In this document: positions 49,956 to 59,662 of the stretch, piece after piece
Layout of the letters: each line of letters begins with the position of its first letter
Position numbering within the stretch: position 1 is the first letter of the stretch
Source: an uncultured delta proteobacterium
GTDB taxonomy: Bacteria; Desulfobacterota; Desulfomonilia; Desulfomonilales; Desulfomonilaceae
Length of the DNA stretch: 64,000 nt
Reading direction: 5' to 3'
NCBI GenBank assembly: GCA_963789265.1
Contig: CAWBKB010000007.1
Span: 460,398 to 524,397 of the forward strand
Translations under genes and position numbers: made by a program
Notes under the pieces: generated by a model
Told to the model about the DNA's origin: nothing
Seen by the model: only the letters and a program-made list of their open reading frames with translations
Database searches by the model: none

Positions 49956-51314
49956 TCAAATCCTGTATTGCTTACGCCTGCGCCAAAGCGTGGCCTGGTC
50001 TATTCCAAGTATTTCCGCAGCTTCCTGTAGAGATTTCGTCGAGGCCAACACACGCCTAATGTGCTCCTCCTCAATTTTTGCCAGATTGACAGGATCTCCG
50101 AGTTTAACAGCGGCAGTGCTTTGAGAAATTCTCTCTGGCAAATATTCAACACCAACGCGATCTGTCCTGCACAATATGGCTGCCCGTTCGACAACATTGC
50201 TTAATTCCCTGACATTCCCCGGCCATTCGTATGCCCTGAGCGTTTCCAGGGCATCCTCCGCGAACCCTTGGAAGTCTCGACGGTTCTTTCGGCCAAAGAA
50301 AGCCAGGAACCGCTCCGCCAAAAGGGATACATCCTCCGTCCTCTCGCGTAAAGGAGGAATCTCAATCTGGATGACGTTCAATCTATACAGCAGATCTTCT
50401 CGGAAACGCCCCTCCCGTACCGCATTTTCCAAGTCTATGTTGGTGGCTGTTATGATCCGGACATCGGCTTTTCGTGTAATCGTATCGCCCACGCGCCCGT
50501 ATTCACAATCTTGAACGAAGCGTAGAAGTTTGGGTTGAAGCGGCAATGGCAAATCGCCGATCTCATCCAAAAAGAGAGTTCCTCCCTCACACATTGCTAT
50601 GCGTCCGGGATAATCTCGAATTGCCCCGGTGAATGCGCCCTTGGCGTGTCCGAAAAGCTCACTTTCCAACAACTCCAATGGAAGAGTCGGGCACGAAATG
50701 ACCCCCATAGGTTTTTCAGACCGATTGCTCCAATAATGAATGGCTCGCGCCAGTGCGGTCTTGCCTGTACCGCTCTCGCCTCGGAGCATGACTCTGGCAT
50801 CGGAGGTCGCAACTTCGCGCGCAAGATTCACTACTCGCTGCATTGCCGGGCTGTTGCTGGAGAAATCCGCTTCCGGGATTGACCTGCCCAGTTCGTCCTG
50901 GAGGGCGGTAACCTTCTGTTCCAATCGTCGAACTGCCGCCACTTTACCAACAACCAGATTCACCTGGGCTGGTGTAAAGGGCTTTGGAATATAGTCCGTA
51001 GCTCCGCGACGCATAGCTTCCACCGCGGTGCCAATCGAGGAGTAGGCCGTTATCACCACCACTTTGAGCCACGGGGCTGAGGCTAGCAGCGAGGGAATCA
51101 AATCCAAGCCGTCTTCGGAACCGAGCCGGAGATCGACGAAAGCCAAGTCAAAAGAGCGACGTGCAGCTTCCGCTACGGCATCCTGAAAATTACTGACTGC
51201 AATGACCGTGTGGCCTCTGGTTTCGAGACAAACGGTTAAGGTTTTACGAATGTTCACCTCGTCATCCACAATCAGGATGCTGAGGGGTGGTGATGTGATC
51301 TTCGGTTCAATCAT
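49956..51314 (-). CDS. Sigma-54-dependent response regulator (AlgB-like)
   Basis: ILIVDDE, DLRLG, GESGTGKT, ESELFGHAKGAFTGA, WPGNVREL, HTH. Confidence 0.95.
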   Translation of the reverse strand: MIEPKITSPPLSILIVDDEVNIRKTLTVCLETRGHTVIAVSNFQDAVAEAARRSFDLAFVDLRLGSEDGLDLIPSLLASAPWLKVVVITAYSSIGTAVEAMRRGATDYIPKPFTPAQVNLVVGKVAAVRRLEQKVTALQDELGRSIPEADFSSNSPAMQRVVNLAREVATSDARVMLRGESGTGKTALARAIHYWSNRSEKPMGVISCPTLPLELLESELFGHAKGAFTGAIRDYPGRIAMCEGGTLFLDEIGDLPLPLQPKLLRFVQDCEYGRVGDTITRKADVRIITATNIDLENAVREGRFREDLLYRLNVIQIEIPPLRERTEDVSLLAERFLAFFGRKNRRDFQGFAEDALETLRAYEWPGNVRELSNVVERAAILCRTDRVGVEYLPERISQSTAAVKLGDPVNLAKIEEEHIRRVLASTKSLQEAAEILGIDQATLWRRRKQYRI

Positions 51315-51632
51315 GGATTAGCCGATCCTGAGTCACCTGAGAATGAGATTTCGCCTCAGGTGGAGATCATTTCGTCTGCCATGGCGGCAAGAGTTTGCCA
51401 ATTTAGAGTTCACTTCGTAACATTGTTTCGAAAACATTGCAAAAGGCCCCAGCAGTAAATGAACAGGTCATCGCCTCGAGAAGATTCCCCAAAACCGTCT
51501 TTGCCTGTCGCTGAGTCAAGAGCATGCAACGCCGTTCGAATTTCAATCACTTGACACTTCGTCTAAGGATTGTTATTTCAAAACCGATGATTCTTTTGCC
51601 GCCTCTTATCTGAATTCCCGTGATCGCAGGGC

Positions 51633-52538
51633 ATGATTGTGCGGCGCTCGGCAAAGGAGGTGTCTTCCTACTTGGATGAAACCCAACCTTCGAGAGAACG
51701 AAACTTGATCCGTTGGTTAAGAAAAATAGGTCGGGAACGGCGCCCGAAAGAAATTCAAGAAGTCCTGGACGAAAGCGAACAACAGGGACTGATCGGGCAT
51801 GACGAAGGGGACATGATCGAGGGGATCTTCGATCTTAAACAGACTGTAGCCCGAGAGATAATGATCCCGCGAACTCACGTTGTTTCGATTTCCAAGGGTT
51901 GTACGCGGGAAGAGATACTGCATACGATCATCGAATCCGGCCATTCACGCATTCCGGTGTACAGCGAGAATATCGATCACATAGTCGGAATACTCAACGC
52001 GAAGGACCTCCTACCACTATGGCTCAATGGAACAGAGGAGTTCGATCTTGAAGCAATTTGCAGAGAGCCTTTTTTTGTTCCCGAAACCAAGCGCATTAAC
52101 GATCTGCTCAATGAACTGCGTGCCAAAAAATCCCACCTTGCGGTAATAGTTGATGAGTATGGCGGAACCGCCGGAATTGTAACAATCGAGGACATCATTG
52201 AGGAGATTATCGGAGAAATCCGCGACGAACACGATGTCGAAGAGGAACTGTTCCTGCCTCAAGAAGACGGGGCGGTGCTCATTAACGCGAGGGCAAATCT
52301 CGATGATTTTGAAGAACATTTCGGGGTTCAACTCCCCAGGGAAGGCTATGACACCTTGGGAGGGTTCATAATCCATCTCATGGGCAAAGTTCCTCGAAAA
52401 GGCGAAGAAATCACGTACGAAGGACTCCAAATGCGTATTCAAGGCGGTGATCCGAAAAGAATAACTCGCGTTTTGGTGACTCGCGAAGGCGAGGCCGACA
52501 CCGGAATGTCATACACTTACCAAGAACCCAATCCATGA
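51633..52538 (+). CDS. corC: CBS-domain CorC/HlyC family protein
   Basis: REIMIPR, SGHSRIPVY, VDEYGGTAGIVTIEDIIEEIIGEI; adjacent to lnt. Confidence 0.88.
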   Translation: MIVRRSAKEVSSYLDETQPSRERNLIRWLRKIGRERRPKEIQEVLDESEQQGLIGHDEGDMIEGIFDLKQTVAREIMIPRTHVVSISKGCTREEILHTIIESGHSRIPVYSENIDHIVGILNAKDLLPLWLNGTEEFDLEAICREPFFVPETKRINDLLNELRAKKSHLAVIVDEYGGTAGIVTIEDIIEEIIGEIRDEHDVEEELFLPQEDGAVLINARANLDDFEEHFGVQLPREGYDTLGGFIIHLMGKVPRKGEEITYEGLQMRIQGGDPKRITRVLVTREGEADTGMSYTYQEPNP

Positions 52539-54073
52539 TAGTTTCTCTCGTCGCCACAGCGGGCGGCGGCCTCCTCTTATCTCTCGCCTTCCCTCCTTTT
52601 AGGTTCGATTTTTTCGCCTGGTTCGCCTTCATCCCTCTCTTCTGGGCAATCCACAATGACAGTCGGCCGTCATTCTGCGCCTTATATGGTGCGGCCTTCG
52701 GGATCGTATTCTTTTCGGTGGATTTGCACTGGATCTATCATGCCTTGACTGTATACGGACATTTTGGTGTTCCGTCCGCAGTAGCTCTGTTGGCCGGCAT
52801 GGTATTGACACTCTCTCTCATTCCGGCGGCCTTTACGCTTTTATTGAGCCTTCTCTCGAACAAAGGGATCGCACCGTCACTTGCCGCACCTTTTTTGTGG
52901 ACGGCCCTGGAATATGTTCGAACGGTGCTATTCACCGGTTTTCCGTGGGACCTGGCAGGCTATTCGCAGATGCCCCATGCGCTTGTTATTCAAATTGCAG
53001 ATATAACTGGAGTTTATGGCATATCTTTTCTGTTACTGTTGGTAAATGGGGTTTTATGGGAATTGATCCGAGTAAAGATTGATCGGAGCCGACCTCCTCT
53101 GAGGTTAGCTGCAATCACGGCTCTTACCATGATCTTGGTCTTGGTCTACGGAGACGTCCGGCTCACCGAGTTCTCACTGACGCCGAAAGATAAATCGAGA
53201 TTTGCGTTAGGCATCCTTCAGGGCAATATTCCCCAGGAAATAAAATGGGAAGAGGCATCGCGGCGCTGCACCTTTTCCACCTATGAAAAACTGGGCCGCC
53301 ATGCAGTAGAAGAGGGAGCAGGACTTTTGATTTGGCCGGAGACAAGCGCGCCGGTTCTCTTTGGCGGCCGCAATCCGGACTGTAAGGAGCCCGGCAAGAT
53401 TTCACAGCGGTTGAGGGTTCCCATGCTCGTCGGAGCCCCATTCGCAAAGATTGTCAGAGGGGCTACACGATATTACAACAGCGCCTTTCTCGTAGACGGA
53501 CCTGTGCTACGCTACCGTTATGACAAAATGCATCTGGTCCCCTTCGGGGAATACATGCCTTTGACGTGGCTCCTACCCTTGGGCCCCGGCATAGCCGCTA
53601 GGGAAGCGGACTATTCTCCCGGCAATAATATGACGGTGATGCACGTAAAAGGATGCCCGCCCTTCAGCGTTTTGATCTGCTACGAGACGATCTTTCCTCA
53701 AATTGCAGCCGACGCTGTTAGAAAGGGGGCCCGTATGCTGGTCAACATTACCAACGACGGCTGGTTTGGAAAAACCGCTGCACCTCATCAGGACCTGGCA
53801 ATGGCCGGCATGCGCAGTGTGGAGAATCGGGTGTGGCTCGTGCGGTCGGCCAACACAGGAATCAGCGCAGCTTTCGACCCGGCGGGGCGCATGGTATCGG
53901 AAATCCCTCTCGGTCGAGAGGGCGCGTGCACCGTGAATTTACCCTCCAACGCATCGGCAGGCTCTCTCTACAGTCGCTTTGGCGACGTATTCGCATGGTT
54001 ATGTATAGCAATTTCTCTCCTGATCATTGTTTCGACAATTGGGTTCCGCAGATTAGCTCGGCCTGAAGGATAG
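52535..54073 (+). CDS. lnt: Apolipoprotein N-acyltransferase
   Basis: FTGFPW, QGNI, WPETS, KMHLVPFGEY, ICYE, TNDGWFG. Confidence 0.96.
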   Translation: MIVSLVATAGGGLLLSLAFPPFRFDFFAWFAFIPLFWAIHNDSRPSFCALYGAAFGIVFFSVDLHWIYHALTVYGHFGVPSAVALLAGMVLTLSLIPAAFTLLLSLLSNKGIAPSLAAPFLWTALEYVRTVLFTGFPWDLAGYSQMPHALVIQIADITGVYGISFLLLLVNGVLWELIRVKIDRSRPPLRLAAITALTMILVLVYGDVRLTEFSLTPKDKSRFALGILQGNIPQEIKWEEASRRCTFSTYEKLGRHAVEEGAGLLIWPETSAPVLFGGRNPDCKEPGKISQRLRVPMLVGAPFAKIVRGATRYYNSAFLVDGPVLRYRYDKMHLVPFGEYMPLTWLLPLGPGIAAREADYSPGNNMTVMHVKGCPPFSVLICYETIFPQIAADAVRKGARMLVNITNDGWFGKTAAPHQDLAMAGMRSVENRVWLVRSANTGISAAFDPAGRMVSEIPLGREGACTVNLPSNASAGSLYSRFGDVFAWLCIAISLLIIVSTIGFRRLARPEG

Positions 54074-54234
54074 TACGGATCCTGAGATCATCGCGGATCC
54101 TGAAAGCGTCAACTCGTCTAATTTCTGACAAAGCTTGATTACGCATGACGTGCCATAAATTACTTCCAATATGTAATTGACTAGTTCAGGGTGTTCTTCG
54201 GGATCAATTTTTCACCCGAGGGAGGTTGCGGCCA

Positions 54235-55335
54235 ATGACCATAGAGGGAAAGAGAACGCTAATTAGGGTTGGAGCCGGGCTTACCTTCATTACGATCATA
54301 ATCTGGCTGATGAGTGCCCTGGAATCTATCACCACGGTACTGATGGTGGCCCTTTTTCTGGCGTACATACTGGACCCTCTCGTTGAACGGCTCACTTCAT
54401 GGGGATTGGGACGGTCGCTCGCCGCGTCCATAATCTTGCTGTCAGGCTTGTCTATTGTAGTAGGAATATTGCTATTCGTTGTACCTGTTATCATCGAAGA
54501 GACCGGACGGTTTGCCGATGCGCTGCCTCGATATGCCTCGGCCCTTCACGATCAAGTCACGCAGTTAGCTCAAAGGTTTAACGTCCGCATTCCCCAGGAC
54601 TGGGATCAAGTGATAAATCTGATCGTTGCAAAAGGCAGGCAATATCTTCCGAAAATAGCCAACATATCTATCGAAGCCATTTTATCGGTATTTAAATCGA
54701 CCGTCCATATTTTGTCAATCCTGCTGCACATTATCCTAGTGCCGATCATCACGTATTATCTCTTGGTCTCTTTCGCCAACATGAAACGCGAGATAAGAGA
54801 TTTGATCCCGCCCTACGCGAGGGCTCCCGTCGCACAAAAGCTCCGGCAGATCGATCTGGTGCTGGCTGGTTTCGTCCGAGGCCAGTTGACTATCTGTCTG
54901 ATCCTCGCGGTTCTGTACAGTCTGGGATTTGTGGTGATCGGGATAGACTTGGCGGTGATCCTCGGTCTCATTTCCGGAATATTCTTTATTATTCCTTACG
55001 TCGGGACCATGATCGGCATAATTTTCGGTTCGCTTATGGCCTGGGCTAAATATGGGGACCTGCTCCACGTGGCATACGTTCTGGGCTGGATTGCAATCGT
55101 ACAGCTCTTCGAAGCCTACGTCTTTACACCCAGGATAGTAGGACATATTACCGGCCTGCATCCGGTGGTTTATATTCTGGCCCTGATTGCCGGCGCAAGC
55201 CTCTTCGGTTTCGTGGGCCTTCTCGTGGCCATTCCGGTTACCGCCGTCCTGCAAGTACTATTGATAACTGCCATAGATGCTTACAAAAACTCTTATTTGT
55301 ACCGTGAATTGCCGAGCGAGAGATCCGAGAAATGA
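54235..55335 (+). CDS. AI-2E family transporter
   Basis: AYILDPLV, GFVRGQL, IPYVG, GLHPV, GLLVAIP. Confidence 0.92.
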   Translation: MTIEGKRTLIRVGAGLTFITIIIWLMSALESITTVLMVALFLAYILDPLVERLTSWGLGRSLAASIILLSGLSIVVGILLFVVPVIIEETGRFADALPRYASALHDQVTQLAQRFNVRIPQDWDQVINLIVAKGRQYLPKIANISIEAILSVFKSTVHILSILLHIILVPIITYYLLVSFANMKREIRDLIPPYARAPVAQKLRQIDLVLAGFVRGQLTICLILAVLYSLGFVVIGIDLAVILGLISGIFFIIPYVGTMIGIIFGSLMAWAKYGDLLHVAYVLGWIAIVQLFEAYVFTPRIVGHITGLHPVVYILALIAGASLFGFVGLLVAIPVTAVLQVLLITAIDAYKNSYLYRELPSERSEK

Positions 55336-56187
55336 AGACTGGTGTTCTGTATGTGGTATCAACTCCCATTGGGAATATGGAGGATATCACCTTCCGTGCG
55401 GTGGATGTGCTGCGTAAAGTCAATCTAATAGCGTGCGAAGATACCCGCAATAGCCGCATACTCCTTAATAGATGGGAAATCTCCACGAAGCTAATGAGCC
55501 TGCATCGCTTCAGCGAAAGCCGCAAAAGCCAGGTCATTTTGCAACGTCTCGAGGCTGGTGAAAATATTGCTATCATCTCGGATGCCGGTACTCCGGCCAT
55601 TTCAGATCCCGGTAGCCGACTCGTCCGGGCCGCACTTGAAGCAGGCTTAATTGTAACTCCCATTCCCGGCCCATCCTCGATTACTGCGGCTTTGTCAGTT
55701 TCCGGCATGGACTGTTCCTCCTTCGTGTATCTTGGATTCGCTCCAAGAACCGACCGGCAGCGACGCGAGTTTCTTTCAAAATATTACGCGTGAACCGCGA
55801 ACATCTATCTTCTTTGATACCGCGAAACGCATTCGGGCAACCTTACAAATCGCAGTGGAAGTCCTGCGCGACAGAAGACTGGTGCTTTCCCGAGAGCTTA
55901 CCAAGCTACATGAAGAAATCATTGCAGGCACCGCGGAACATATTCTTATCCTGCTTCAGCCCCGAACATCCGTGAAAGGAGAGATCGTAGTAACAGTCGA
56001 AGGAACTTTGAATTCAGGGCCGGAATTGGATATCCACGCGGCGGTACTAATTCTAATGGAAGAGGGCCTATCGGGCAAAAGATTGGCGGACGAGGCGCAC
56101 AGGAGATTCGGCGTAAAGAAAAGCGACGCGTACGAGGATTTTTTGAAGATCAAAGACGAAAGCGCGGATTCGGAGCTAGTACCTTAG
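55332..56187 (+). CDS. rsmI: 16S rRNA (C1402-2'-O)-methyltransferase; frameshift near 55772
   Basis: LYVVSTPIGNMEDIT, ACEDTR, SDAGTPAISDPG; RELTKLHEE, KGEIV in the next frame. Confidence 0.92.
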
Positions 56188-56342
56188 ATGTTAATGAATG
56201 TTGCAAGATGCGACCGATGCGGTTCCCCCGCACTCGCGGGGTTCACCATATCCTGCGCGAGCTAACGAAAGAGCCGCAGCAATGGTAATATGTCGGACAG
56301 ATATTGAAATGAGGAGGAGCAGGTCGAGGAGGAATTGACGCT

Positions 56343-56828
56343 ATGGAGGGAAAAACCGTCAAAGAAAGCCAAATGACGATGGTGATACAGATGAATCCTG
56401 AGGACGCCAACCCAGTCGGGAACGTTCACGGCGGCGTAATCATGAAGTATGTGGACACCGCTGCAGGAGCTGTGGCCATTCGTCATGCACGAAAGAACTG
56501 TGTAACCGCTTCAATAGACCGGTTGGATTTCCACAATCCCGTGTTTGTAGGGGATTTGCTCATATTAAAGGCATCCATCACTATGGTGGGCACGACTTCT
56601 ATGGAAGTCGGCGTCCGAGTCGAAGCGGAGGACCTTCTGACCGGGAACGTGCGGCACACAGCTTCAGCCTATCTGAGCTTTGTGGCACTGGACCCAAAAG
56701 GCGCCCCTAGTCAGGTACCGCCGCTGATCCTGGACACCGACGAAGAAAAGCGCCGCCATTGTGAAGCGCAGATAAGGAGGCAAGACCGTCTGGCACAAAA
56801 AGAACGAGAGAAGGACTGCAATACGTAA
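56343..56828 (+). CDS. Acyl-CoA thioesterase (HotDog, YciA-like)
   Basis: DANPVGNVHGGVIMKYVD, TSMEVGVRVEAE. Confidence 0.92.
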   Translation: MEGKTVKESQMTMVIQMNPEDANPVGNVHGGVIMKYVDTAAGAVAIRHARKNCVTASIDRLDFHNPVFVGDLLILKASITMVGTTSMEVGVRVEAEDLLTGNVRHTASAYLSFVALDPKGAPSQVPPLILDTDEEKRRHCEAQIRRQDRLAQKEREKDCNT

Positions 56829-56883
56829 ACAGAGATTTCGCGAGGCCGGCGTGACAAGATAGACGAAAGAGAGGAAGTGTACA

Positions 56884-57951
56884 ATGTCCAAAGTTATGAT
56901 TCAACCTTCAACTTACGAGAATGTCCGCGCGGCAGTGGACCGTGCATTCGAACTCTTCCCCTTGCAAATACGGAACAAGAAGATCCTGATAAAACCCAAT
57001 GTGCTCAGAGCCTCGGAGGCAAAAGAAGGCATCGTTACCCATCCCGCGGTGCTTAGTGCCGTAGTGGAAAAGGTCGAAGAAATGAGCCCCGCATCCATTG
57101 TTGTGGGGGACAACCCGGGGCTTTTCAACTATGGGGCGAATGAAGAAAGCTTCAAAACAGCAGGTCTGATGGAAGCAGCCAAGGGCTATTACCGCAACAT
57201 CGGTAACGATTCACGGAAAATTGATTTCAATGCCGATTTCATGCCCACTGTGAGCATCTCGCGAATTGTCTTGGACGCGGATATTATTATCAGCTTGCCG
57301 AAATTCAAAACACACGGTTTGACTGTCATCACTGGAGCCATCAAAAACAGTTACGGTATTCTGCCCGGCGCACAGAAGGCTAAGCTTCACAAGGCCGCGG
57401 GATGCGCGGAGCGTTTCCATGAAATGTTGGTGGATATCTTCCGGCTCCGGCCGCCCAACCTGTTCATAATGGATGCTGTGGTCGGAATGGAGGGGAATGG
57501 TCCCGCCTCCCCTGATCTGCGAGATATCGGCCTTATGTTGGCATCGGACAACGCTGTGGCTTTGGATGCTGTCGTTGCCAGGATGATGGGATGCGAACCG
57601 GGGCGGCTGCGATTCCTTCAGAAGGCCAAAGAAGTCGGTTTGGGGGACTATGACATCGGTGCGATTGAGATCTTTGGAGAATTGAAACAACTGCCCGACT
57701 TCAAGCTTCCCCCCTTGGGCGGCGAAGCGGTCATGAGTAACGAGGCCATACAGAAGATCATGCACAGTCGAACGACTGTGCGTCCCCAGGCTGACCCGGA
57801 ATCGTGCACCGGCTGCGGTACTTGCATCGACCAGTGTCCGATGTCAGCCTTGACCATGAGCGGCGATCTGCCGCAAGTCGACGCAGATACTTGTATTACT
57901 TGCTTTTGCTGTCAGGAAGTCTGTCCTGAGAAAGCAATGACCCTACGGTAG
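56884..57951 (+). CDS. DUF362 domain + 2x[4Fe-4S] ferredoxin protein
   Basis: LIKPN, THP, SLPKFKTH, MEGNGP; CTGCGTCIDQCP and CITCFCCQEVCP. Confidence 0.9.
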   Translation: MSKVMIQPSTYENVRAAVDRAFELFPLQIRNKKILIKPNVLRASEAKEGIVTHPAVLSAVVEKVEEMSPASIVVGDNPGLFNYGANEESFKTAGLMEAAKGYYRNIGNDSRKIDFNADFMPTVSISRIVLDADIIISLPKFKTHGLTVITGAIKNSYGILPGAQKAKLHKAAGCAERFHEMLVDIFRLRPPNLFIMDAVVGMEGNGPASPDLRDIGLMLASDNAVALDAVVARMMGCEPGRLRFLQKAKEVGLGDYDIGAIEIFGELKQLPDFKLPPLGGEAVMSNEAIQKIMHSRTTVRPQADPESCTGCGTCIDQCPMSALTMSGDLPQVDADTCITCFCCQEVCPEKAMTLR

Positions 57952-58079
57952 GGCCAAGAAATAGCCGTTCGTGCAGAAGAAGGATTACCGATTTGAACTG
58001 TGGCCGGCACGGAGGCCGGCCCTACCGACCAATAGGGCCGGCCTCCGTGCCGGCCATTAAGTGAACCCTCATAGGAAAA

Positions 58080-58108
58080 GATCCAATCGCCATTAGGGCG
58101 ATTGGATC
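58080..58108. terminator. Perfect 12-bp hairpin between convergent genes
   Basis: gatccaatcgcc-attag-ggcgattggatc. Confidence 0.55.
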
Positions 58109-58262
58109 ATGAGGGGAGGAGATCGGCCTGCCGAACCAGCCGGCAGTCCCTAGGTTTTCAAAGGCTACTCGAACCTTATGAGTGAAAATCAACTCGTGCT
58201 CTTTCAATTCATGGTTGTCAGCTCTCAGGAGGGCTCGTAAACTCCTGCCGCGTTTCCGCCTT

Positions 58263-59558
58263 TTAAAAAGCTAAATCCACCGTCAGACCAAGAGCCCAAT
58301 AGGATTGGTCGAGTTGGGCATTATCAGTTGAACCACTACCGGGAATGCCGCCGAAAATGTCTGTATGGGGAATGGTCTGATCACCGGTCCCCTGGTCAAT
58401 GCTCGCGTATATATTCCCATTGCCATCAAAACTCAGCCATTCTCCTCTGCCCCAAAAACCCATGCTAAGGCTCTGAGTAATGGGCGTTGAGGTCTCCAAT
58501 TCACCCAGGAGGAACCGGCCGTTACTGTCGTCCATTGTGTATTTAGTCTGGCTGATCTCACGCAGACCGGTTGTCGCGCCAATACAAAGGATGTCGAACG
58601 GATCCTGGAAATGATTCCACGCAAAAGGGCTGCCGATCAAGCGCAATTGGTATGTCGAACACTTTTCACAGCATGGAGGGGCACACTGAGGCGTGCCGCA
58701 CTGTTGTGGAGGACACTGGTCCCCACCGCATTTCTTTGAATTACAACCGCATCTTCCAGTGAGACGAAATCCAAAGTAAGGTATATACGATGTTTCCAGC
58801 GGGTCCTGAATTAATCCGGCGAACTCGCCGAAGTTGACTCCGCTCGGTCACACGCGGTGGCATGTTATCGCAGCTCCCGGTGGCCGTCCGGTAGCTGTGT
58901 CCGCCTGGGTTGAGTTTCGAGGATCCACAAGCTTGAAATCTATGTGCTCCACCATGAATCCGGCTTCCAGCGACCAATTGCTGGTGAGTCTATAGTCAAT
59001 GCCCGAGTCTATCATCCACCACTGGAAATTGTGGCTTGACCATATCCAAGGCGAAACTGTATTAGGCGGATTGTCGAGAAGAGGATTAGACGGGTTCGAA
59101 GGGAGAAACACCTTTCCCGTAGCATTCATCATCCAGGTATTGTCCCGTTGAATATTGCCGCCCAATTCTGTGTATAGAATTAGATCTCTAACGGGTTGAA
59201 TCTTTACGCCGGTGAATCCTACCCAGTATTGGCCGTCCAGAAGCTTGAGGTCCATGGCTTCGACGTTAAGCGCGTTAGTGACCCTGTCGATTACCTGGAC
59301 ACCCGGAACCAGCGAGAAAGGAAAACTGAATTCCCACTCCATCCACATGTAGCCGGCTCTGGCGTACGGCTTGATTGTCCACACCTCGTCCGCGTAGTAC
59401 GGGCCGGACGAACCGGCCCCGAGACCCGGCATCGGGGACAAAACACCTCCTCCGGGTGGCGAGGCCGGAAAAATCGGAGTGGGCGCACCCTGAGGCAACG
59501 CCACCGCCGGCAGCAATGCCATGAAAAGGGCGGCCAAGATCAATAGAAGTCTTTTCAT
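58263..59558 (-). CDS. Exported probable outer-membrane beta-barrel protein with in-frame TGA at codon 237 (candidate selenoprotein, 431 aa)
   Basis: ORFs 58848..59603 and 58263..58646 are in the same frame, separated only by the TGA at 58850-58848; signal peptide; ends YWALGLTVDLAF; GGAGG RBS. Confidence 0.7.
58815..58832 (-). promoter_or_regulatory. Candidate bacterial SECIS hairpin
   Basis: UUCGGCG-AGUU-CGCCGGA; apical loop begins 22 nt after UGA and has G at loop position 2. Confidence 0.55.
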
Positions 59559-59633
59559 AATTGAGCCTCCTTGAGAATTTCGGAAAGAGGTCTGAGCAGC
59601 CAACTGACAACTGCGATTCTACTCATCGTTAGT

Positions 59634-59662
59634 AGTCTATCAAAAAAAGACCCTGATGTCAA
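59634..59662 (-). promoter_or_regulatory. Sigma-70 promoter with very AT-rich upstream region
   Basis: TTGACA (59662-57) -17 nt- TAGACT (59639-34). Confidence 0.6.

Noticed and set aside
51386..51401. TTGGCAAACTCTTGCC, sigma-54-like element upstream of the response regulator
   Set aside because: GG-to-GC spacing is 9, not the required 10; at most a palindromic operator.
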